From a virus (taxonomy: Duplodnaviria > Caudoviricetes), in the IMG/VR virus record IMGVR_UViG_3300026101_000001, positions 19,407 to 83,406 of that record: a DNA stretch of 64,000 nucleotides; one strand, 5' to 3'. Numbering within the stretch: the first letter of the stretch is position 1; each line of letters begins with the position of its first letter. Under the pieces are notes generated by a model. The model saw only the letters and a list, made by a program, of their open reading frames with translations. It did no database searches and had not been told where the DNA came from. This document shows, piece after piece, positions 19,718-29,036 of the stretch. Both the position numbers and the translations under genes were made by a program.

Positions 19718-19925
19718 AATCTAGAATCGAGGCTGGTGGTTTTTGGTTCGAGAAAAAAGGACAAAAAATTCGAATCGAGGGTTGACAGCGCGGAAATAGG
19801 AGCAGCGCCGATTCCAACCCTCAAGCCTCTATCCAAGCTTCTCGCATGAGAATATAGGACCTCTACAAGGGTCGTGTAAAGTATTTTAAGGCCACAGGTA
19901 TTCGCCTTAACCTCAAAACAGAGCC

Positions 19926-20004
19926 CAATTTAAGGGCTTCAGGGGGGAACATTCTCCCCCTATTTTAGGACAATTTAAGGGCTTCAGGGGGGAACATTCC
20001 CCCC
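19926..20004. repeat. Tandem duplication of 29 bp including the G/C palindrome
   Basis: CAATTTAAGGGCTTCAGGGGGGAACATTC at 19926 and 19971. Confidence 0.9.
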
Positions 20005-20036
20005 TCATTTGAGCACATTTTGACAGGAAATTGACG

Positions 20037-20345
20037 ATGAAATTTAAGAACGTTTCGGTACATTTTGGCTGGTATAAGCCAGTGGTTGTCCTCCAATATG
20101 GCACGCTACAATACGAGATTGGCACGCTAGAATTGAAAGGTGTGACCCTCATGGAGCTAGGCAATTTAGACCCAGAACACGTAGCGAAGCATCACCAAAT
20201 GTTGTTGATTTGCGAAATGAGCACGGCAATTAGACTCGCTCAAAGGGACATTCCAGAGCCAGTTAACACCTGTTCCCGTAAACTTTTTGGCGAAACTGAC
20301 ACAGAACAACCAAAAGTAACACACAAGCCCAATTTAAGCGCCTAG
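20037..20345 (+). CDS. Hypothetical protein
   Basis: Start motif, ORF track. Confidence 0.6.
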   Translation: MKFKNVSVHFGWYKPVVVLQYGTLQYEIGTLELKGVTLMELGNLDPEHVAKHHQMLLICEMSTAIRLAQRDIPEPVNTCSRKLFGETDTEQPKVTHKPNLSA

Positions 20346-20519
20346 ATACAACAACTTAGGTTTTGTGTTCCTATAAACTTTCTCGGCCATTTTTGTGATT
20401 TCTCAAAACGGTAGAATGCGGTCTGTAGCTGTGCGAATTTTGACCAGTTACGCGTAACTTCGGTGAGGGTAATTATTACTCGCAATGCCGTGGGTAACAA
20501 GGGCTTCAGAGCCGGTGGC

Positions 20520-20583
20520 AAAAATGTTCCCACAAACTTTCGTTATTAAATGTACATTTATATATTTTACTGGGAACATTTTT
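20520..20583. repeat. 13-bp inverted repeat around AT-rich spacer
   Basis: AAAAATGTTCCCA-N38-TGGGAACATTTTT; spacer contains palindrome AAATGTACATTT. Confidence 0.85.
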
Positions 20584-20799
20584 TAAGAAGTATACTTTTA
20601 AAAACTTCGCTTTCGTTTTAATTCGTACCCAAGGATTATTTACAAGCGTTGTACGTGTTCCTCCTTGTGACTTGCTGCAAGTCGCAGTGATCTACCCAAC
20701 GACCTTTGCGTGACGAGCTGTGAGCTCTGCGTGATAAGAATTTGAATTCGCTTGTGGTGCTCACTGTCGCAACGTGCAACAAACCACCGTGGGAGTGAA

Positions 20800-20816
20800 T
20801 CACACCCAAATTGTGT
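20800..20816. promoter_or_regulatory. Putative operator (TCACA-N7-TGTGT)
   Basis: Right arm TTGTGTTTTT identical to the 36955 site; ~26 bp upstream of promoter -35. Confidence 0.5.
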
Positions 20817-20842
20817 TTTTGGTCGAAATAAGACCATTGCAA

Positions 20843-20871
20843 TTGACTCGGGCATTTTGCCCTTGTATAAC
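20843..20871 (+). promoter_or_regulatory. Sigma70 promoter driving accessory operon
   Basis: TTGACT-17-TATAAC; spacer contains dyad GGGCA-TTT-TGCCC. Confidence 0.75.
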
Positions 20872-20933
20872 TGAAATCCGCCCTTCGGGGTGTTACGGCG
20901 TGAGCCGATTAATTAACTTAGGAAATTGACGAT

Positions 20934-21320
20934 ATGACTACCACCATTCCCCAGCCTGTAAACCAGACTGCTCCCTCCCCTCACGAACTCATGCGCCAAA
21001 CCCAGCGCGAGATTGCTGAAACTGTCATGCAGATGAAAGCCAAGCAAATCGAATGTCTCATTGGTCTCTACCGAAAATCTGATGCTCTGAAGGGCACGAA
21101 TGACCTCGGCGAAATGCACCGTCGTACTGAAGCGCTGAGCCAAGAACTCGGCCTGGACTTTTCAGTGGTTGAAAAACTGGTCGATTTTGGCTTTAACTGC
21201 GGTGTTGAATGCGCGGCCTCTATCGCATCCTCAGCGGGTGCAATGGAAAAGGTGCTAGGTAAGGACGAATTCACCGAGAAGTCTTCGCGTGGTGACGCTG
21301 CGGCGCGAGAATCGGCATAG
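20934..21320 (+). CDS. Hypothetical protein
   Basis: Start motif; first gene after promoter. Confidence 0.75.
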   Translation: MTTTIPQPVNQTAPSPHELMRQTQREIAETVMQMKAKQIECLIGLYRKSDALKGTNDLGEMHRRTEALSQELGLDFSVVEKLVDFGFNCGVECAASIASSAGAMEKVLGKDEFTEKSSRGDAAARESA

Positions 21321-21351
21321 TTTAACCCGACAATTAGTGAGATTGACGATT

Positions 21352-21657
21352 ATGAGTAAAAAAGTGACTAAAAGTTCGAATCTAAATTCGATGCTTATGA
21401 AACATTGTGTGCGTGTTATGTATCTTTTGGATGAATTGAAAAGGTTGTGTGATTTACAAGGCACGGTTCACCTTGACGGAGATTATCCGTTGGCTATTCA
21501 CGGGACGGATAAATTTTGTGTTGGTCCTTTCAATGTGAGTGGGGGCTGGTTTCAGGAGATTATCGCCCGTCGTAAAGCCGAAATTATCGATGAGCTATTC
21601 GATATGGGGTACGACCTTACTTCCTTCGAGGAGCCTAAGGACGAGGACGATGAGTAA
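21352..21657 (+). CDS. Hypothetical protein
   Basis: Start motif GAGATTGACGATTATG. Confidence 0.7.
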   Translation: MSKKVTKSSNLNSMLMKHCVRVMYLLDELKRLCDLQGTVHLDGDYPLAIHGTDKFCVGPFNVSGGWFQEIIARRKAEIIDELFDMGYDLTSFEEPKDEDDE

Positions 21658-22144
21658 AAATCTACCTATTTTCCGGAGTATGATTGCGGTTGCGCATACG
21701 GCGAGAAACTGTGGTCGTTTGGCTATGACCATCGAGGGTGAAGATGAAGGCTCTCGCACCTCGATTGATAACCTCATGCCGATAACCAAAGACACGCCAC
21801 ACACCACAATCGAGGGTTACTGTGTCCGTGACGCGAAGATTCGAGCCCTGATGGGCTGGGAGTATTCGCACTGGATGTTGATTGAGTCCGCGTTTATCTG
21901 TGCCTTGGTGGAAGAAGTGAGCCTTGTGCTGGATGATTTTGAAATGGGCTCGTTGATGATTGATTCGCTGTTGGGTGTCAATATCCACATTCGCCGGTAT
22001 TCGGCTGAAGGTATAGGACTTGACCGCGATAAAATCAAAAGCTTTGCGTGGTTGTATCTGGGTAGTGAGTACCTCGATGATTTTATCAGCTACGCGGATT
22101 ATTTACTGGCCATGCTTGAAGTAAGAGCACAAGACGCCGCCTAA
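21650..22144 (+). CDS. Hypothetical protein
   Basis: Overlaps upstream stop; ORF track. Confidence 0.7.
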   Translation: MSKNLPIFRSMIAVAHTARNCGRLAMTIEGEDEGSRTSIDNLMPITKDTPHTTIEGYCVRDAKIRALMGWEYSHWMLIESAFICALVEEVSLVLDDFEMGSLMIDSLLGVNIHIRRYSAEGIGLDRDKIKSFAWLYLGSEYLDDFISYADYLLAMLEVRAQDAA

Positions 22145-22216
22145 GGGGGGGGAAATGTTCTCCCCTGCGGTTCGAAAAATTTGGTAATTAACTTTTTAAA
22201 TTGGAAATTGACGACT

Positions 22217-22705
22217 ATGACTAGACTAACTGAATGTGGTCCTTACACCCCTACCGAGAAACGCGCTATCACTCGAGCGCTAAACATCATTCGTGAGAAA
22301 CAGCCTAATTTCTATGGCCGTTCTAAGATTACTAATCCTATCGCTTGTCAGCAATATTGTGCCTTGCAACTGGTCGATGGCTCTCGCGAACGATTTCTTT
22401 GCCTATTTCTAGACTCTCAACATGGTTTGATTAGCGGTGAAATCATGTTTGAAGGAACGATAAACGCGGCCTCGGTTTACCCTCGTGAGATAATTCGTCG
22501 TGCTTTAGACCTGAATGCTGCGGCGTTGATAATCGCGCATAACCATCCCTCGGGGCACCCTGACCCGAGCCAAGCGGATATTCGTTTAACGCAAGAAATT
22601 AAACAGGCGTTAGCGAGTATCGATGTGCCGTTACTCGATCACATCATCGTAGGCAACGGCCAAGGTTGCCCCACTATTTCTCTTTCTCAACGAGGTGACT
22701 TATGA
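22217..22705 (+). CDS. radC: RadC-like JAB-domain protein
   Basis: '[14 protein letters not shown]', '[25 protein letters not shown]...PSQADI', 'LLDHIIVG'. Confidence 0.92.
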   Translation: MTRLTECGPYTPTEKRAITRALNIIREKQPNFYGRSKITNPIACQQYCALQLVDGSRERFLCLFLDSQHGLISGEIMFEGTINAASVYPREIIRRALDLNAAALIIAHNHPSGHPDPSQADIRLTQEIKQALASIDVPLLDHIIVGNGQGCPTISLSQRGDL

Positions 22706-23187
22706 GTGCTGGTAATTTTCCGCTGTTAGAACTGTTAATCGAGACCATGGAAAAAGTGGTTGCGTCTGAGCTGCCATTTGAAATGGCCGATTTCTATAAG
22801 AACTACGATCCTGCCGACCAAGCCACCGATATTCACACTTGTGGCACTCCGGCCTGTGTAACTGGGTATGGTGCGGTTAATCCTAAAATTCAGAAACACT
22901 TGAATGTGGATATGCCCTATTTCCGAGCGGCGGAAACGGCTAAGCATATCGCGGGTTATTTGATATCTGAAATCGGGTGGTTGGGCTATTCGATTTTTGT
23001 CAGCAAAGCCGAGGAAAGATATGCACATGCCTCCGATTACCTACCAGAAACCGACCTTGAGTTTGAGCACCTACACAAAGATGAGCCCGAGGCTAAGGAA
23101 ACCTTGAAGTACATGAAGTATGTGCTGGCCTTCAAAGAGCGTGAACTAAAACGCTGGGAGCGTGAGGAAGCGGAAGATGAAAAATAA
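22702..23187 (+). CDS. Hypothetical protein
   Basis: ATGA overlap; '[11 protein letters not shown]' motif seen in small phage proteins. Confidence 0.7.
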   Translation: MSAGNFPLLELLIETMEKVVASELPFEMADFYKNYDPADQATDIHTCGTPACVTGYGAVNPKIQKHLNVDMPYFRAAETAKHIAGYLISEIGWLGYSIFVSKAEERYAHASDYLPETDLEFEHLHKDEPEAKETLKYMKYVLAFKERELKRWEREEAEDEK

Positions 23188-23509
23188 GAATGGAATTGAA
23201 ATTGAACTAGGTACCGTGAGCCGTGCTACGCACCGGACTCAAGATTTAATCCCGACGTTTCTGGATGCTGTCCGTCAATATGCCGAGGCGGAGTATACCC
23301 AGATAATGGCCGGACCTTACAGCTTTATCCCCGCATGGGTAACCGATGAAGGTGACGAATGCGAGTGGTGGTATTGCGAGGAGGCCTGTCACAAGCTTGA
23401 AGAATTGTTCGAGATTTTAGACGCTCAAGCCCCAGAGGGCTATTACTTTGGGGCTCACGAAGGGGATGGCTCAGACTTTGGCTATTGGCCTATTCCTGAT
23501 GAGGACTAA
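23177..23509 (+). CDS. Acidic hypothetical phage protein
   Basis: 'APEGYYFGAHEGDGSDFGYW' C-terminal motif. Confidence 0.75.
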   Translation: MKNKNGIEIELGTVSRATHRTQDLIPTFLDAVRQYAEAEYTQIMAGPYSFIPAWVTDEGDECEWWYCEEACHKLEELFEILDAQAPEGYYFGAHEGDGSDFGYWPIPDED

Positions 23510-23556
23510 ACGATAACGAGGGTGGGAAAATTCCCCCCCTCTTTTGGAGATTGACG

Positions 23557-23712
23557 ATGCGCCAAGTGTGCAAAAAGTGTGGTGGCACCATGCTAGGTGA
23601 CGGGTATAAATCGGTTGAGCACTGCGAGTTTGCTACCGACCCAGAAATTGACTTTATGGCCCCTGATGAAGGGCCAGTTTATTGTGACTTTAAGGAAATT
23701 GACGATGAGTGA
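23557..23712 (+). CDS. 51-aa CxxC protein (not in ORF track)
   Basis: MRQVCKKCGGTMLGDGYKSVEHCEF...; start motif directly upstream. Confidence 0.7.
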   Translation: MRQVCKKCGGTMLGDGYKSVEHCEFATDPEIDFMAPDEGPVYCDFKEIDDE

Positions 23713-24193
23713 AATTAATAGAAAAAATTATTTAGAAAACTTCCGTAACGACGAACTAGTGGACGTTATAGAGTCGTTGCAAAAGAAACTAGAGGACTCT
23801 AAGCAATCGATAAATACCCTAAAGCAAGAGTGCCAGCGAATCTACGAAAGTGAACAGTTCTTCTCAGGTGTGGTGCATGGTGAAGTCAAAGATCACCGAA
23901 TTGACTGCACACAAGTAGGGCCGCACTTTATTCGCCCAAGAGTGGTGTTTGACGTATGCACCGATGATGAAACCCACGTTCCTGACTGCACCACACTCGA
24001 ACAAGCACAACGCTATTGCAAACAGCTTAATATCGAGGACCGTATGGGCGATGGCCGCGTGGACTTTGGTGGCGAAACAGCTAACGACCTAACGGGATTT
24101 GTCGAAGCGAACGAGCAGATGATACGTAACATTCTTACGCTGTCAGATGATGTTCTAGCCTATCTTTCAACCCTACCGGTAGGGGACGAGTAA
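23705..24193 (+). CDS. Hypothetical protein with N-terminal coiled coil
   Basis: Start motif; 'ENFRNDELVDVI' resembles 'ENFRKDELVEII' in 46134 ORF. Confidence 0.7.
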   Translation: MSEINRKNYLENFRNDELVDVIESLQKKLEDSKQSINTLKQECQRIYESEQFFSGVVHGEVKDHRIDCTQVGPHFIRPRVVFDVCTDDETHVPDCTTLEQAQRYCKQLNIEDRMGDGRVDFGGETANDLTGFVEANEQMIRNILTLSDDVLAYLSTLPVGDE

Positions 24194-24681
24194 TGAGCGA
24201 CTTAAAAGAATTCAAAATAGTGCTCGAAGAGAGCGATACCGGCCGACAGATTGTTTTACCTAACGTCATGGCAAGCGATTATGACGTTGCTGAAGCGTAT
24301 GGCAACCATGTTGCTGCGGACCTACCGGTTTCTGAAATTGACCGACAACAAGGCTTTGGCCTGAGTGAAACGTCGTGGTCTTGTTACCCTGAGGAAGTGA
24401 AGCCCGAACCTGAAAAAATGCGTCGAATGGAGTGGAACACTGGGCGTCATTATGGTCCAGAGGGCCAGATTATTCGTGTTGTTGAGTATGAGTATATTGC
24501 TCTATCCGGGGGGGCGCGAAGAGGTGTGTTGATGTATGACGTTACTCGTCGGATTTGCTATCAAATCAACGATTGCGAGTTCACTCAAGCTGCGGTCTTA
24601 CATCGTTACGAATTTGGTGGCCTTAGCCCCTATTCAAAAGCCGAATTCGAAAAAGCCTGGGCGGAGGCCGTAGACGTATGA
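24193..24681 (+). CDS. Hypothetical protein
   Basis: TAATG coupling. Confidence 0.7.
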   Translation: MSDLKEFKIVLEESDTGRQIVLPNVMASDYDVAEAYGNHVAADLPVSEIDRQQGFGLSETSWSCYPEEVKPEPEKMRRMEWNTGRHYGPEGQIIRVVEYEYIALSGGARRGVLMYDVTRRICYQINDCEFTQAAVLHRYEFGGLSPYSKAEFEKAWAEAVDV

Positions 24682-24899
24682 GTGAAGACACGCCGAAGAT
24701 AAAGCGTCCCAGAAACAAGACGCTTATTGAAGTTATCACTTACCTTGAGTCGATAAACCTAAATGTTTATGGCTCTGCCCTTTGTTTAGAAACGGGGGAG
24801 AAGTCCTTTGGTTTGATGGACTATAACCCTGAGAACGTAGTGCAATACCGCAAGTTACTGGAAGCGGGAAAAATTGGAGAGGAAATTGACGATGAGTAA
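24678..24899 (+). CDS. Hypothetical protein
   Basis: Coupled overlap. Confidence 0.65.
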   Translation: MSEDTPKIKRPRNKTLIEVITYLESINLNVYGSALCLETGEKSFGLMDYNPENVVQYRKLLEAGKIGEEIDDE

Positions 24900-25311
24900 C
24901 CAACCACATCCACAGCGATACACCTCAGAAGAGATTTTGGCGGATAAAGATATAGCGTTCTACAACATACCCGAAAGAGTCAGTTCGGGTATGCCTATTC
25001 ACTATATCCTAGCGGATGAAGAATGGGGCTGGATGGAATTCGTAAAAGGCAAATACGCCATTCAAGACTACATCATGAAAAACCTTGAGTGGGTTGACCC
25101 TGATGATCCCGAGGCCGAATTTCAAGTTGCGGTTCTCACTATCAATTGTGCCGATGAATTGAGTCGAGCGCTCGATGCCGATTGTGGGGGTGCGGGTAAA
25201 GCCGTTTGTTTGGCGGATGATACCGCACTACAAGCTATTTTCTTCTCGCTGTATCAAGAAGACTGGAACGAACGTTTGGAGGACTTTGAAGATGCCAAAG
25301 AAGAAGAATAA
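24892..25311 (+). CDS. Acidic hypothetical protein
   Basis: Start motif. Confidence 0.7.
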   Translation: MSNQPHPQRYTSEEILADKDIAFYNIPERVSSGMPIHYILADEEWGWMEFVKGKYAIQDYIMKNLEWVDPDDPEAEFQVAVLTINCADELSRALDADCGGAGKAVCLADDTALQAIFFSLYQEDWNERLEDFEDAKEEE

Positions 25312-25552
25312 AAACGTCCACATGATTGTTTGTCGTAAGCCTAATTCGGAGGAATTTAGTTTCTGGCCCCCGAAGATATTCCGTGGCCGCGTTGAAGCTA
25401 TTACTGAGTTCGACAAGACATTTATTAAGTGTGATTCCTTTGAGGAAACGCTTAGAAAAGAATACTGCGACCAAATGGGCCAGTTATTGTTTTTCGAAAC
25501 CGCAGCCGGTTTTCGCTGGCAGTTGTATTTAGACCTAGAACCTAACGATTAA
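25292..25552 (+). CDS. Hypothetical protein
   Basis: Overlap with upstream ORF. Confidence 0.55.
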   Translation: MPKKKNKNVHMIVCRKPNSEEFSFWPPKIFRGRVEAITEFDKTFIKCDSFEETLRKEYCDQMGQLLFFETAAGFRWQLYLDLEPND

Positions 25553-25575
25553 AATTGACGATAAGGAGAAAAGCC

Positions 25576-25803
25576 GTGAATAAGATTGGATTAATAACCG
25601 CGATGGTTGCTGGTATGGGGGCCTCGGTCTCTGGGGCGTGGGGTGAGAAATTAGCGCCCACTATAAAGCAAGTAGAAAAAGACCGCTCCAACTATGCGCA
25701 GAAGATAGACCACTTAGGCCGGAAGAAGCCTAAGGGCAGCGCTGCGGTTCAGCGTCGTGAAGCGAAAAAGCGTAAAGCGCTTCGAGCGCGTTCGAAGAAA
25801 TAG
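25576..25803 (+). CDS. Small basic protein with hydrophobic N-terminus
   Basis: AAGGAG RBS plus GTG; C-terminal 'AAVQRREAKKRK'. Confidence 0.65.
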   Translation: MNKIGLITAMVAGMGASVSGAWGEKLAPTIKQVEKDRSNYAQKIDHLGRKKPKGSAAVQRREAKKRKALRARSKK

Positions 25804-25813
25804 GGGGTTGGAT

Positions 25814-26011
25814 ATGCAATATTTCACAGCAGTGTTATTTGACCACCGACGCGGCAAGCGAGTGAACCACTGTGCCGCGGAGTGCTTGGCCTCTAACTTT
25901 CACCAAGCAGAAAACTTTGGTACCTCTTTAGCCGAGAAGTTTTCGCTAAAAGTAGAAGTTGAAGTTCGCTTGGGGCGTTTAGACACGCATAGGGATTTAC
26001 ACGGTGAGTAG
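25814..26011 (+). CDS. Hypothetical protein
   Basis: GGGGG RBS; operon position. Confidence 0.5.
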   Translation: MQYFTAVLFDHRRGKRVNHCAAECLASNFHQAENFGTSLAEKFSLKVEVEVRLGRLDTHRDLHGE

Positions 26012-26195
26012 TATCCCCAACCTATTTAAGGGCCTTGTTCCGGCAAAGGCTGACGCGCACTGTTCAAAGTGCCAGTCAAAGATAAGTGACTCAAGACGCC
26101 GTGCGATAGAAATGGAACTTGAGTTAATGGGTTCGAGCAAGAATATCTGCTCGGAATGTTTTAACCGTGAAGCGGTAATAATTAGTGTGATTTAG
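26004..26195 (+). CDS. Small zinc-finger protein (CxxC...CxxC)
   Basis: 'HCSKCQ...ICSECF'. Confidence 0.6.
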   Translation: MSSIPNLFKGLVPAKADAHCSKCQSKISDSRRRAIEMELELMGSSKNICSECFNREAVIISVI

Positions 26196-26242
26196 GGGGG
26201 AATGTTCTCCCCCCTTTGAAATTAACTTTTTGGAGATTGACG

Positions 26243-26782
26243 ATGGACCACTTTGATGCTCCACCTTGGGACGTAACGAGCAGCGCACCGATTGTTTCGC
26301 ACCCTAAGGCTGAGCCTGATAAACGAGACTTGTTCATCACATTGTTCTGTGATGCTAGTTTCTGCCCAAAAACAAAAGCGGGGGGTTTTGGTGGTTGGGT
26401 AAAAGCGGGATTCCCTCCAAGAACCTTTCGTGTTGGAGGCGTCCTTAACGAATGCAATAACGCCGAAGAAGCTGAGATTTGTGCCGTTATCCACACCTTA
26501 ACTCACGCCCAGCACAATAAATCCTTTAACACAGATTTTAGCTGGGAGGGAAAAGTTTTAGTAATCCAGTCGGATTGCCAAGGTGCAATCAAAAAACTAA
26601 AGCCCGTTATGGCGGAGAACTTAAAACACTTGAAACTGAAGTACATAAAGTGGAAGTGGGTTAAAGGCCATAGCGGGTATGGCAATAAACGCTCAGCGGT
26701 AAATGAGTTCTGCGACACACAAGCCAAGAAGTATATGTACGAAGAGAGAAAGCGCCGTAGAAATCGCGGTTTAGAAAATTAA
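26243..26782 (+). CDS. Ribonuclease HI-like protein
   Basis: 'LFCDAS', 'NAEEAEICAV', 'IQSDC', 'WVKGHSG', 'NEFCDTQAK': complete D-E-D-H-D set. Confidence 0.88.
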   Translation: MDHFDAPPWDVTSSAPIVSHPKAEPDKRDLFITLFCDASFCPKTKAGGFGGWVKAGFPPRTFRVGGVLNECNNAEEAEICAVIHTLTHAQHNKSFNTDFSWEGKVLVIQSDCQGAIKKLKPVMAENLKHLKLKYIKWKWVKGHSGYGNKRSAVNEFCDTQAKKYMYEERKRRRNRGLEN

Positions 26783-26804
26783 CTCTTAAATTTGGAAATT
26801 GACG

Positions 26805-27704
26805 ATGCAAATAAACGTAAACAGTTATTTTTGTGGTGCTGGCCTGATGGATATTGGGCTGATAAATGCGGGATTAACCATTAACCAGTCTTTTGAAATT
26901 GATAAAGACGCGGTTAAGACGTATCGCGAGAATATTGGCCACCATGTTCAACAGTGCGATTTGACTGAAGAGCTCGTGTTAAACCAAGAGGAATGTGATG
27001 CGATGGTCTTCACCTACCCTTGCACCAAGTATTCCACGATAGGCGATATTCACGGTGTAAGAACGGGTGACGATTTATTCCTTCATGCTTTGCGTCACTT
27101 GGCCATTCGCAAGCCCGATGCTTACGTGGTGGAAAATGTGCCAGGAATGAGAGCGTTTCCGCTGGTAATGGAAGCTATGACAAAGTTGCCGGATTACTAC
27201 GTTCACGTTTTTTGTCCGGTCCAATCTCAGCATTGGTTACCCCAGCGAAGAGATCGTCTGATTATTTTTGGTACCCGCCGACCTTTTGAAGTTCGCCCCC
27301 CGAAGAGTTGTCGTCCTGTGACGCTGGCTGAAATTGTCGAGCATGACCCAGAAGTAACCTTGCCCAGCGCTATTAAAGCGCGAATGTCGGGTAAGTACCG
27401 TGACCTCCCAATAATCAGCGACCCCAGCAAAGGAGATATAGCGCCGACTTGTGTTGCTCACTACGCCAAGGATAAATCGACGCGCTTGGTTGCTGACAAG
27501 CGATTCCCAATGGGTGTTCGTCCTTACTCAGTGCGTGAGTATGCGAGGCTGCAGGGTGTACCAGACTGGTTTACGTTCCCTGTCTCGGCTACGTCGGCAT
27601 ATCGCCAGATTGGTAATGGTGTGTCAGTGCCGAAAGGTGAATGGGCAGGCGGCGAGTTGTTCCGCTATTTTCAACAAAGTAAAAAATTAGACAAGGTGGC
27701 TTAA
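26805..27704 (+). CDS. DNA cytosine-5 methyltransferase (orphan)
   Basis: 'YFCGAG', 'TYPC', 'VENVPG', 'QRRDRL', 'RLQG', 'YRQIGNGV'. Confidence 0.95.
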   Translation: MQINVNSYFCGAGLMDIGLINAGLTINQSFEIDKDAVKTYRENIGHHVQQCDLTEELVLNQEECDAMVFTYPCTKYSTIGDIHGVRTGDDLFLHALRHLAIRKPDAYVVENVPGMRAFPLVMEAMTKLPDYYVHVFCPVQSQHWLPQRRDRLIIFGTRRPFEVRPPKSCRPVTLAEIVEHDPEVTLPSAIKARMSGKYRDLPIISDPSKGDIAPTCVAHYAKDKSTRLVADKRFPMGVRPYSVREYARLQGVPDWFTFPVSATSAYRQIGNGVSVPKGEWAGGELFRYFQQSKKLDKVA

Positions 27705-27947
27705 GTGAAGTACGAACTGGTGTATCACGACAGGTTTACGCATGAGCGCCGTATGCAAGAGTTCTTTGCTCCGAATCCTGAGAAAGCAAAAGAGCACGCA
27801 GACAGCATGTGTGAGCGACGTAAAGTGCCTTACTGTTTAGTAGATGCAAATGGCCGAACGTGGGAGCGAGATTATAGTCGAGAGACTATGAAGCTCTATG
27901 ATTGGTATGAAGTAACAACCCATAGCCCGATACGGGCTGCAAGCTAA
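27705..27947 (+). CDS. Hypothetical protein
   Basis: Abuts MTase stop. Confidence 0.55.
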   Translation: MKYELVYHDRFTHERRMQEFFAPNPEKAKEHADSMCERRKVPYCLVDANGRTWERDYSRETMKLYDWYEVTTHSPIRAAS

Positions 27948-28005
27948 AAACGGGGGAGAATATTCCCCCCTCTTAATTAACTTTTAAAATTGGAAATTGA
28001 CGATC

Positions 28006-28809
28006 ATGACTGATGTTAAACGTATCAATAAACAGGCTACGGCCACGATGCTGTTTGTAATTGCTGACGCGATTACACAACCACGCTTCGTAAAGTTCTT
28101 AGAAGATAACACCTCTCGATTTGGCTCAGATGGTACCGGTACCGTTGAAGACCTTCACGACAAGTTACGCCAGTTATTTGATTTTCAGCTTAAGCAAGCG
28201 GTAAGTGTGTATTCCGAGCAGTATTCAGTTTTGAGCTGGGAAGAAAAGTTACAAATGATGAGTGAAAAACTTATCAACTTAGGCAACCGCACGGCTCACA
28301 AGTGGCGTGTAAAGCTACACCAAAGCAGTAAGAAATTTATTGTCCCTCGCGGTGTGAGTTTATCGAAAGCTTTAACTGACTTGATGTTAAGTGCCCAGCC
28401 TCACCGAATAATTCTAAGTCAGTCTCGAGCCCCTACTCATCCAGACCATGACTGGCGTTGGGGTGGCGATATTGCCAATGCCGATATCTTTCTGGCCGCG
28501 CTATATAGTTTCGTTATTGCCAAAGACACGCTGGCCTACGACACAGGCATGATGTTTTTTGAAGACGTATTAACCGAGTTCGGCAATAAAATCGAATGGT
28601 TCGTGAAGGGGTATCCACACGACTTATTGGTTGTTGACCGAATGATAAATACGGGTGATCAGCGCAAAGACTATCAAGGTATCGGGCTACGCACTGAGTT
28701 CTGTTCTACGTGGTCTATCACTTCCGAGACTAGAAATATCTTGAGCAGTCACGGTTATCGAGAACTACGCCATAAAACGTATGGCCGAACTAAACAGGTG
28801 GCCGCATGA
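28006..28809 (+). CDS. Hypothetical protein
   Basis: Palindrome plus start motif. Confidence 0.8.
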   Translation: MTDVKRINKQATATMLFVIADAITQPRFVKFLEDNTSRFGSDGTGTVEDLHDKLRQLFDFQLKQAVSVYSEQYSVLSWEEKLQMMSEKLINLGNRTAHKWRVKLHQSSKKFIVPRGVSLSKALTDLMLSAQPHRIILSQSRAPTHPDHDWRWGGDIANADIFLAALYSFVIAKDTLAYDTGMMFFEDVLTEFGNKIEWFVKGYPHDLLVVDRMINTGDQRKDYQGIGLRTEFCSTWSITSETRNILSSHGYRELRHKTYGRTKQVAA

Positions 28810-29033
28810 AGAACCATTGCGAAAACCCTGAGTATGATGTGACGCAAGGACAAGTAGTGTGTCATGACTCAGGTACATTTAACAAAATTGTTGGTGAGGC
28901 TCTTGAAAACATGACTGAAGACAACTGGTTTACACAAGAGCTTTGGCTTTCAACGGTTGAGCACAAAGGTAAGCGTGTTCAAGTTCAATTGAAAGTAATG
29001 GCAGACGATTTAAGCTTTATAGACGAGAACTAA
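28806..29033 (+). CDS. Hypothetical protein
   Basis: ATGA overlap. Confidence 0.65.
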   Translation: MKNHCENPEYDVTQGQVVCHDSGTFNKIVGEALENMTEDNWFTQELWLSTVEHKGKRVQVQLKVMADDLSFIDEN

Positions 29034-29036
29034 ATC

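Larger units (their letters stand above)
19020..19739 (+). other. Cluster of six Chi octamers GCTGGTGG
   Basis: 19020, 19066, 19308, 19540, 19684, 19732, all on the same strand. Confidence 0.85.

Noticed and set aside
20636-20855. Two minus-strand ORFs of 68-71 aa
   Set aside because: No RBS or start motif; overlap promoter and operator elements; likely non-coding
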